DNA of 64,000 nucleotides from Planctomycetota bacterium (GTDB lineage: Bacteria > Planctomycetota > GCA-002687715 > CAIWVZ01). The stretch is from assembly GCA_044222185.1 (NCBI GenBank), contig JBGANV010000003.1:672001-736000 (forward strand), in the 5' to 3' direction. Under the pieces are notes generated by a model that saw only the letters and a list, made by a program, of their open reading frames with translations, did no database searches and was not told the origin of the DNA. Shown here one piece after another: positions 56,392 to 64,000 of the stretch. The translations under genes were made by a program, and so were the position numbers. Within the stretch, counting starts at the first letter, position 1. Each line of letters starts with the position of its first letter.

Positions 56392-58794
56392 TCATGGGCA
56401 CAAGCGGACGTCGAGAGCGCGGCTCGCGCGCGCGCTCGCGCCGTCGGGTGCACCGACCTGGAGGAAGAGGTGCAGTCCCGCGAGTGCAGGGTCGCTCGGG
56501 AGCGTGACGGGGAGCACCGCCGCGCCCGCACCGTCCAACGGAAGGCTGAGCCACAGGAGCGACGTCGGATCCACGAGCAGGGTCACGGGCGTGCCTGCGA
56601 CCGGGATGTGCGCCCCTGCGCCCGAAGCGAACAGGAGTGCGAAGCCGGATGCCGGACCATTCCCCACTTGGAATTGGACGTTCGTCCCCACACCAGCGGT
56701 GCCGGACATCGTGAACGTCATGACGTGCGACGTGGGTGCAAGCGCCGTGTAAGCCCTCGCCCCGCACGCCGTCAGCTCGTTCACCGCACCCGGCGTCGGC
56801 GTCGGGAACGACACGAAGGGAAGACCGCCGTCGTAAAGGCGTCCCGTGGAGACGTTCGCGACCTGGGCGCCGAACGCGATCGAATCCAAGAGCGTCACAC
56901 CGTCGGATGCAAACAGCGAAACGCTCTCACCCCCGGCGGACAGTTTGAAATTCGCGTGGAGCGGTCCCTGGATGGCGTCCTCGTCGCACCAGACGAGCAG
57001 CGTCCCGTTGGCTGGAAGTGTCTGGCCCGCCGGCAACTGGAACTTGGTCGGGTTGAGCAGATCGTCCGTCAGGTACATCCCACCGACGGTGACGGGCGCG
57101 CTGGACGCGTTGTACAGCTCGACGTAGTCCTCGAACTCACCGAACCCGTCCGTGATCACCGACGTGTTCTGAGCCAGGAGTTCGTTGATGCGCGCGGGCG
57201 AGGTCCCCGTTGGCCATGCCACCTGGAACGCGTTCGCGTGGTGCTCGGCGGTCTTTGGAGCAAAGGTCAGTCGCCCGGCAGCAGTGGCAGCCGCGGCGTA
57301 ATACTCGACGAGCGTGCCGGGCGGGACCGCCGGCAGCGTGACGCCGAACGTGCCGTCGCCCGGGGCCCCGTCGCAGTGATTGCCGTCGTCGAACATGGGT
57401 GTCGACAAGAACGGACCTGCGGTCCGGTAGAAGAGCGTGACGGTGCTCGCGAGGCTCGACGCCTGCACCGTGAAGCAGACCGACTGCTGAGGCGTCGGGG
57501 CCGCGGGCGAATGATTCAGGTTCGTCAGCGTGGCTCGCGTCCCCGCGAACTCCGGTTGCGACAGAAGGTAGGTGCGACGGCCCGTGATCAGGGGCTGAAG
57601 TCCCGGGACCGTCGTGCTTCCGCCCCCCGGCCCGCCGCCACCGGTCACCGTCACCGGCGCCGTCACGTTCGTGTTGAACTGCGCGTACGTGTAGATCTTC
57701 TTGGGATCGGCGAGCACGTCGGCGTCGATCATGGCGTGATACTGGTTGATGAGCGGTCCGAGGACGTTCCAATCCCACGTGTCCTCGAGCATCGTCCGGT
57801 AGTGCGCGATGTACCGCTGGTTCCAGTCCGCGAAGGTGAGCGTCTTCGAGAACGCCGGCCGCGTGGCGAGTGTCGTCTGGTACCACATGCTGAGCGTCGT
57901 GCTGCCGGCAAGAGCCTCGTTCAGGTCGAACGGGAACATGTGGAACTGGCCGAACGTCGTGTCGTGATAGAGAAAGTGGTCCTTGCCGGATTCGAGGTAG
58001 CTGTCGGTGTTCGTCGTGATGCTCATGCACGCGGCATACCGATAGAACTGGTCCACGCTGAAGATCGTCGGCACCGTCGCCTGGATCAGCGAGTTCGGCG
58101 TGTTGTTGAGCAGGTTGCACAATTGCATGAGGTCCGTGCCGTCACCCTGCTTGGCCTGGTACGCGTCCAGATAGGACTGGACGACGCTCCCGAGCCACGT
58201 CAACGCGCAGCGGCCGTTCTGGAATCCGCCCGTCGTCGGGAACCCGCGATAACGATTTCCGTCGTTCGTGCGGAACCACTGCCCGGCCCATTTCGCATTC
58301 GGCTGCTGGACGTTGATGTACACACCCCAGAACTGGTTGTTGATGTAGAGCCGCACGAAGTTGCACCGCGGTGCCGGACCGTACTGCCTCATGATGTAGT
58401 AGGTCAGGAACTCGCGAATGAACGTGGGGTCGTGGAACCCGTTGTTGAGGTTGATGTGGTCGTACCCGAGGAGGTCCTGTCCAGGCACGAAGCTGTCGGT
58501 CTTGATGTTCAACCCGACCTTTTGCGACCCGGCGGGGAGCTGCGTGTAGGACGTGTTTCCGCGGATGCGCACCCCCACGTTCGGAAGCGCGATCCCGTCG
58601 ACCGTCAGCGTTCCCGGGATCTCCACCTCGGAGACGTAGTTCTGCTGCAGCAGCGTGAACCAGTTCGACTGGGCGAACGTCAGGTAGAAGGTGCGGTAGG
58701 TGGTCGGGTCGTACAGGTCGGGCGCCTGGCCGGCGGCGAACCCCGCGGCAAGCGTCATCGAGAGACCTATCGTTGCGACGATCGGGTGTTTCAT
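56392..58794 (-). CDS. Secreted CotH-family kinase with lamin-tail domain and the shared C-terminal domain
   Basis: Signal peptide AAG-Q; NVGVRIRGNTS, DPTFIRE, LYINNQFWGVY, NTDSY, FPFDLNE; MFDDGNHCDGAPGDGTFG; LTD INELLAQN...FEDYVELYN...YLTDD...HANFKLSAGGE...PTPG. Confidence 0.9.
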   Translation of the reverse strand: MKHPIVATIGLSMTLAAGFAAGQAPDLYDPTTYRTFYLTFAQSNWFTLLQQNYVSEVEIPGTLTVDGIALPNVGVRIRGNTSYTQLPAGSQKVGLNIKTDSFVPGQDLLGYDHINLNNGFHDPTFIREFLTYYIMRQYGPAPRCNFVRLYINNQFWGVYINVQQPNAKWAGQWFRTNDGNRYRGFPTTGGFQNGRCALTWLGSVVQSYLDAYQAKQGDGTDLMQLCNLLNNTPNSLIQATVPTIFSVDQFYRYAACMSITTNTDSYLESGKDHFLYHDTTFGQFHMFPFDLNEALAGSTTLSMWYQTTLATRPAFSKTLTFADWNQRYIAHYRTMLEDTWDWNVLGPLINQYHAMIDADVLADPKKIYTYAQFNTNVTAPVTVTGGGGPGGGSTTVPGLQPLITGRRTYLLSQPEFAGTRATLTNLNHSPAAPTPQQSVCFTVQASSLASTVTLFYRTAGPFLSTPMFDDGNHCDGAPGDGTFGVTLPAVPPGTLVEYYAAAATAAGRLTFAPKTAEHHANAFQVAWPTGTSPARINELLAQNTSVITDGFGEFEDYVELYNASSAPVTVGGMYLTDDLLNPTKFQLPAGQTLPANGTLLVWCDEDAIQGPLHANFKLSAGGESVSLFASDGVTLLDSIAFGAQVANVSTGRLYDGGLPFVSFPTPTPGAVNELTACGARAYTALAPTSHVMTFTMSGTAGVGTNVQFQVGNGPASGFALLFASGAGAHIPVAGTPVTLLVDPTSLLWLSLPLDGAGAAVLPVTLPSDPALAGLHLFLQVGAPDGASARASRALDVRLCP

Positions 58795-59078
58795 GGGAGC
58801 CATCTCCGAAGGCGAGTCCGCGGGGCCTTGCCGGGCATGACTCAGCCGGCGGACCGTTTTCAGCAGCCCTTCACGTGATTTCGCCGTTCACTCGACGGTG
58901 CCCGGATGACGGGCCCGACCTTCGATCGGACCGACCGCCCGTCCCGCGACGCCCTGACTCGTCGCCGCAACTCGTTTTGACACCAGGACATGTTTCCGGC
59001 GCGACGACATCGCGCCGGGGAGCGGGAGCGTCGCCCGTCCGTAGCACCGCGAAGGGCCGAGCCCGCCGGAGAACCGCC

Positions 59079-60221
59079 ATGACCCAGACTCGCCGTGACT
59101 TCCTTCGCACCACCGCCGCCGCCGCGCTCGTTGGCGTGCTGCCGTCGACTTCAGCCCGCCCAGTCCGCCAGGACTCGGCGCCGACCAAGGGTCTCAAGAT
59201 CCTCATCCTCGGCGGAACGAACTTCCTCGGCCCAGCCTGTGTGGAAGCCGCGCGGGCGAGAGGTCACACCGTCACCCTCTTCAACCGCGGCAAGCACAAC
59301 CCGGACTGGTTCCCCGACGTCGAGAAGCTCCACGGCGATCGTGATCCGAAGAAGGACAAGGGCCTCTCGGCATTGAAGGACCGCAAGTGGGACGCCGTTC
59401 TCGACAACTCGGGCTATTACCCGCGGACCGTGAAGGCCTCCGCGGAGTTGCTCGCGCCGAACGTCGGGCACTACACGTTCGTCTCGACGCTCTCCGTCTA
59501 CGCGGACACGGAAACCGAGAACCAGGACGAGACGGGCAAGCTGCTCACGATCGCCGATCCGACCGTCGAGACGATGGGCAAGGAATTCGAGAACTACGGC
59601 CCGCTGAAGGCGCTCTGCGAGAAGGCCGCGGAGGAGGCCATGCCGGGCCGAGTCGCCGTCGTACGGCCGACGTACATCGTCGGGCCTGGAGACACGAGCG
59701 ACCGGTTCACCTATTGGCCGGCGCGGTTCGCCCGCGGCGGCGACGTCCTCGTGCCGGGCACTCCGCAGGATCCGGTTCAGATCATCGACGTGCGCGACCT
59801 CGCTGAATGGATGATTCGACTCGCCGAGGCGAAGACGGCCGGGGTCTTCAACGCACTCGGTCCGGTGCCGCCGCTGAAGTGGGGAACCCTCGTCGAGGCA
59901 TGCCAGGCGGCGGGCAACAAGACGGCGAAACCCATCTGGGTCAACGCCGAGTTCATGGCGAAGTTCATCAAGCCTGACGATGACGTCGGCATTCCGATCT
60001 GGATCCCGCCCGTCGGCAAGACGAAGGGTTTCCACACGTTCAGTGCCGCTCGATCCGTGAAGGCAGGCCTCACCTACCGTCCCGTGGCAACCACGGTGAA
60101 CGACACGCTGAAGTGGTGGAACAGCCAAACCGAGGAGCGCCGTGCGAAGCCGCGTGCCGGACTCACTCCCGAGAAGGAGACGGAGATCCTCACGGCCTGG
60201 GCGAAGTCGCAGGCGAAGTAG
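59079..60221 (+). CDS. Tat-signal NAD-dependent epimerase/dehydratase (isoflavone reductase-like SDR)
   Basis: TRRDFL Tat motif; ILILGGTNFLG, LFNRG, YGPLKALCE, RPTYIVGPGD, DRFTYW, QIIDVRDL. Confidence 0.88.
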   Translation: MTQTRRDFLRTTAAAALVGVLPSTSARPVRQDSAPTKGLKILILGGTNFLGPACVEAARARGHTVTLFNRGKHNPDWFPDVEKLHGDRDPKKDKGLSALKDRKWDAVLDNSGYYPRTVKASAELLAPNVGHYTFVSTLSVYADTETENQDETGKLLTIADPTVETMGKEFENYGPLKALCEKAAEEAMPGRVAVVRPTYIVGPGDTSDRFTYWPARFARGGDVLVPGTPQDPVQIIDVRDLAEWMIRLAEAKTAGVFNALGPVPPLKWGTLVEACQAAGNKTAKPIWVNAEFMAKFIKPDDDVGIPIWIPPVGKTKGFHTFSAARSVKAGLTYRPVATTVNDTLKWWNSQTEERRAKPRAGLTPEKETEILTAWAKSQAK

Positions 60222-60235
60222 ACGGACGCTTCGGT

Positions 60236-60673
60236 TCAGCCGCTCGACGGCGGACGCGTCATTTCGAAGCGCTGCTCGCCACTGGCGACAGCGCCCACGC
60301 GCGTCCAGCCCGCAGCCTCGTAGAAGCGCTCGGCCCGCGTGCCTGGCGCGGTCGTCAGCCAGAGGCGATCGAGCGCCTGCGTCCAAAGCCACGCGACCAT
60401 GACGTCGTGGAGGCGGCGACCGATCCCGCGGCCTTCGTGCGCGGGATCGACGAACAACGCCCAGATGTTGCCGGTGCGGCCGTTTCCCACGGCGAACCCC
60501 GCGATGGTGCCGTCGACCTCGGCGACCCAGCCGCGACCGACGTCCTCCATCTGCGGGACGTAGCTCGCCTCGGTCACGATGGCGGAAACGAGTCGGTTCT
60601 CGCGAACACCCATGCGGATGCTATGCATGGCCGGGATGTCCCCGCGGCGCGCCTGGCGAATGGTGACGGTCAT
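60236..60673 (-). CDS. GNAT family N-acetyltransferase
   Basis: IWALFVDPAHEGRGIGRRL, RAERFYEAAGW. Confidence 0.9.
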   Translation of the reverse strand: MTVTIRQARRGDIPAMHSIRMGVRENRLVSAIVTEASYVPQMEDVGRGWVAEVDGTIAGFAVGNGRTGNIWALFVDPAHEGRGIGRRLHDVMVAWLWTQALDRLWLTTAPGTRAERFYEAAGWTRVGAVASGEQRFEMTRPPSSG

Positions 60674-60840
60674 CGCCCAACGATAGCGACGCCTGCCCAC
60701 GACCCGGCGCCCGCCGTCGCACCGCGAGCGGCGCCGGCCCCGCGCAGGTTTTTTTCCCACGCGACGTCACTTCCGCGTCACTCGCCCCCATGAGGACCCC
60801 AGGGGGCTCGGTGATCCGGGCCCGGCCCAGGATTCACCTC

Positions 60841-62979
60841 ATGACCATCCGCACACGCAACCTCCGGACTCGGCTCCTCGCCCTGACAGGCGCGATCGCA
60901 GTCGCCATCGTCATCGTCGCCGTCGCATGCCGAGAGTCCACGTCGGCGGGGCAGTCCCCCGCGTCTCCGGCGCGGGTCCAAGTGATGACGTCGGAGTCGG
61001 CCTCGGGCTCGGACACCACGCACACCGCGCAGGTGGCTCCCGTTCAGGTGAAGCCGTTCCACGACGGTGTGGCCCCGTCGAGCCCCAACGGCGGATCGGC
61101 GTCGGTCACGGGATCGGTGATCACCTCCGACGGTCAGCCGGTGCCGGGCGCAGAGGTGGAGATCCAACGCGACCCCACGCGCGGGGACGGCCCTGCGGTG
61201 GATGGCCCTGCGCTCGCAAGGACGACGACCGACTTCGCGGGTCGATTCACCCTCGGCGGCATCGTGGCGAGCGAGGCCTACCTCCTGCGTGTCGAGCACG
61301 AGCGATTCCAGGTCGGCGTGTTCCGCCCCGTTCACACCCAAGTGCCCGCCTCCCTCCATCCCACGATCGTTCTGGAGGACGGCGGCACGCTCAGCGGCGT
61401 CGTGCGCAGTCAGGAGGGCACGCCACTCGGCTCGGCCCGCGTCGCGATCTACAGCTCGTCCGAGCAGGTTCCGCCGGTGGGGCTGCGTTTCGAACGGGCC
61501 GTCGACACGAACCCCGACGGATCGTTCCGCATCGGGCACCTGGCAGCGGGCCCCAAGCGCGTCGTCACCCAGAAGCTCGGCTACGCCACCGAGGTCGTCG
61601 AAGGGTTCCGGTTCTCCGCCGCCCCTGACGAGCGCGCGCTCGAGATCACGCTCGCCTTCGGCTCCACGATCAAGGGCCGTGTCGTCGACGCGACGCGCGG
61701 AACGCCGCTGGCGAACGTCCCTCTGAGCGCCCGCATCGCGGGGCCATCGACCGCGTCCCAAGGACTGGGCAAGGATGGCACGCCGATGGCGGCCGCGCCC
61801 AAAGCCCGCGCCGCGGGGTCGAACCCGCGCATCGATCCGACCGTCGCCATGGTGACGGTCGACGCGAGCGGAACGCGCTCCGTGCAGTTCGCCTATCCGC
61901 AGTGGCTCCGTGATCGAGCGTGGTTCGACCTCTCCGTCACGTCCGACGCCGACGGGACGTTCGAGTTCGTGGGCGTGCATGACGGTGACTACGTGCTCGC
62001 CGTCGCCGACGAGTCGTACTCACAGGGAACCGAATGGCTGGTTCACGCCGGCGACGATGACGTCACGATCGACGTTGCGCCCGGCCTCATCCTCGCGGGT
62101 CGGATCGTCGACGAGGAAACCGGCGCCGCCGTCTCCCCCGCCGTCGTCGCCGTCGGCGGCAGCCCGGAAGCCGGGCTCGTCCCCGCGGAGAAGCGCCACC
62201 AGATCGACGACGGCGACGGGCGGTTCCAGCTCTCGGCCCCGCGGACGAGCGTCTCGTACATCCACGTCTGGGCGAGTGGGTTCGCACCCTTCGTCAGCGG
62301 CCCCTACCTGCCGAACGGCCCGGACCGCGTGGACTCGATCGTCGTCGCGCTGCGCCGCGGTGCGACGATCGACGGGGCGGTCAAGGATTCCGCTGGGCGC
62401 GGCCTGGCGGGCGTCAGCGTCTCTCTCGTCGATCCGCTGCCAGACGCGACGGGAATCGACGACAGCCTCCGCTTCCTGGCGCGGCGGTCGATGGGCGCGC
62501 TCGCCGCGTGCCACGCCGTCACCGACGCGCAGGGGATGTTCAAGATCACCGGAGTCCCGGCGGGGCGCATGGCGATCAAGACCGAACACCCGGAGTTCGC
62601 GGAGATGGTCGGCGCGCCCTTCGTCTGCGGCGGACGCGGAACCGAGCGCATCGCCGACGTCGTCCTCGCGCGCGGTGCCCGACTCGACGGCGTCGTGCGG
62701 GGCCTGCAAGGTCACACCGCACACCTCCTCGTTCGCGGCATGACGCCCGGGTCCCCCGTCCGAACGATCGAGCTGGCGCCGAACGGCGTGTTCCAGTGCG
62801 CCGGTCTGCCGGCCGGCACCTATCAACTCATCACCATGCGTGACGGTCGAAGCGACCCCGCGCAGTTCCTCGCGCAGACGAACGCTGCGCCCAAGATCGA
62901 ACTTCACGAAGGCGAGATCCGCGGAGATCTCGCACTCGGCGAGGAGCCCGTGGCGGCTCCTGAACGCCCGAAGGACTGA
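60841..62979 (+). CDS. Carboxypeptidase-regulatory-like repeat lipoprotein
   Basis: Lipobox VAVA-C; repeated GSV..DG.PV.GA.V...TD..GRF modules (about 6). Confidence 0.8.
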   Translation: MTIRTRNLRTRLLALTGAIAVAIVIVAVACRESTSAGQSPASPARVQVMTSESASGSDTTHTAQVAPVQVKPFHDGVAPSSPNGGSASVTGSVITSDGQPVPGAEVEIQRDPTRGDGPAVDGPALARTTTDFAGRFTLGGIVASEAYLLRVEHERFQVGVFRPVHTQVPASLHPTIVLEDGGTLSGVVRSQEGTPLGSARVAIYSSSEQVPPVGLRFERAVDTNPDGSFRIGHLAAGPKRVVTQKLGYATEVVEGFRFSAAPDERALEITLAFGSTIKGRVVDATRGTPLANVPLSARIAGPSTASQGLGKDGTPMAAAPKARAAGSNPRIDPTVAMVTVDASGTRSVQFAYPQWLRDRAWFDLSVTSDADGTFEFVGVHDGDYVLAVADESYSQGTEWLVHAGDDDVTIDVAPGLILAGRIVDEETGAAVSPAVVAVGGSPEAGLVPAEKRHQIDDGDGRFQLSAPRTSVSYIHVWASGFAPFVSGPYLPNGPDRVDSIVVALRRGATIDGAVKDSAGRGLAGVSVSLVDPLPDATGIDDSLRFLARRSMGALAACHAVTDAQGMFKITGVPAGRMAIKTEHPEFAEMVGAPFVCGGRGTERIADVVLARGARLDGVVRGLQGHTAHLLVRGMTPGSPVRTIELAPNGVFQCAGLPAGTYQLITMRDGRSDPAQFLAQTNAAPKIELHEGEIRGDLALGEEPVAAPERPKD

Positions 62980-63038
62980 ATCCGCAGTTTCCCGCGCCGG
63001 GCCCACGTCGGCCCGCCCATTCCCAGAAGGAGTCCGTC

Positions 63039-64000
63039 ATGTCACGTCGAATCGCCGTCTGTCTTGCTCTCGCCCTTTCGGTGGTCACCGCTTCCGCGCA
63101 GTTCGCTCACGACCCGGTTTTCGGGATCGCACCCAACTCCCCAGTTCCGCCGTCGGGTACGGGTGGCGGCGCCTGTGGCACGCCACAGAACACTCTGAAC
63201 GTGTCGTTCGTCGGCTCGTTCGTCGGTCTCGTCGGACAGATGAGCGTGACCGTCAACATCGATCACACGTTCGTCGCAGACCTCGTCATCACGCTCACCC
63301 ACGACGGCGTCTCCGTGGTGCTGTCGGACGGCAACAACCTCGCCAACGGAAGCGCGGACCTCCACGGCGCATACGTGTTCGCCGACTTCGCGGCGACCCC
63401 GATCGACGCGGCGTCAGCATCCGCCGGGACGCTCGTGCCGGGCTCCTACCGTCCGGACAACCCGCTTTCGGCATTCGCGTCGACGAGCATGGCTGGGCTC
63501 TGGACTCTGCAGATCTGTGATCGAGCGTCCGCCGACGTCGGCGTCCTCCACTCCGTGTTCATCGACGCCGCGACGCAGGGCACGCAGGTGTCCGACCCGG
63601 CCGTGCCAGCAACGATCCCGCCGTCGGGCACGGGCGGTGGCGCGTGCGGCGCGCCGCAGAACACGTTCACCCACCTGATCAACGTGACCGAGACCGGTCG
63701 CGTCGGCGACGTCGCGGCGTACTTCAACATGACGCACACCTACTCGAGCGACCTCACGATCACGCTCTCGCACTTCGGCGTGACGCGCACGATCTTCAGC
63801 GGCGCGAACGGCACCGGCGGGAACGACTTCAATGGCTTCTACAGCTTCTGGGAGAATCGATTCAGCCTGCTCACCGGCAGCAACGCAGCCGGCGGGACGC
63901 TCACCACCGGCTTCTACCGCAGTCTCCAGGACTTCGCCCCGTTCCACGGCATGGAGATGTCCGGGCCCTGGTACTTGACGATTTGCGACGACGCCGGCGC
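63039..64000 (+). CDS. Secreted protein with tandem proprotein-convertase P-domains (partial, runs off the right edge)
   Basis: Not in the ORF track. AAGGAG RBS; MSRRIAVCLALALSVVTASA-Q; VTVNIDHTFVADLVITL...GLWTLQICD and FNMTHTYSSDLTITL...GPWYLTICDD. Confidence 0.8.
   Translation, partial: MSRRIAVCLALALSVVTASAQFAHDPVFGIAPNSPVPPSGTGGGACGTPQNTLNVSFVGSFVGLVGQMSVTVNIDHTFVADLVITLTHDGVSVVLSDGNNLANGSADLHGAYVFADFAATPIDAASASAGTLVPGSYRPDNPLSAFASTSMAGLWTLQICDRASADVGVLHSVFIDAATQGTQVSDPAVPATIPPSGTGGGACGAPQNTFTHLINVTETGRVGDVAAYFNMTHTYSSDLTITLSHFGVTRTIFSGANGTGGNDFNGFYSFWENRFSLLTGSNAAGGTLTTGFYRSLQDFAPFHGMEMSGPWYLTICDDAG

Overview
High-GC (roughly 68-70% by eye) bacterial DNA with about 40 genes. Gene content points to Planctomycetota: a PVC-type heme-binding dehydrogenase, DUF1080, a DUF6288-like protein, a Tat-exported GH116 and many carboxypeptidase-regulatory-like repeat proteins. 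Recognisable housekeeping genes are ftcD, plsY-gpsA, ada/alkA-ogt, type III glutamine synthetase, an MGDG/UgtP-type glycosyltransferase, a FucI-like isomerase with a sugar ABC transporter, and a vapBC pair. The left 4 kb looks accessory (CAP-domain protein, IS3-like remnant). Most notable: (1) a co-oriented CotH kinase / secreted protein / VTC polyphosphate polymerase / DUF4956 / HlyD / lipoprotein cluster, a candidate polyP-export and surface-phosphorylation system; (2) a shared ~110-130 aa C-terminal domain on five unrelated secreted proteins plus one gene stump, a candidate sorting signal; (3) Gln immediately after almost every predicted Sec signal peptide; (4) a family of ~175-185 bp double-hairpin inverted-repeat elements at three loci whose stems covary. 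No rRNA, tRNA or CRISPR array was seen. All family calls are from motif recognition by eye, not database searches.
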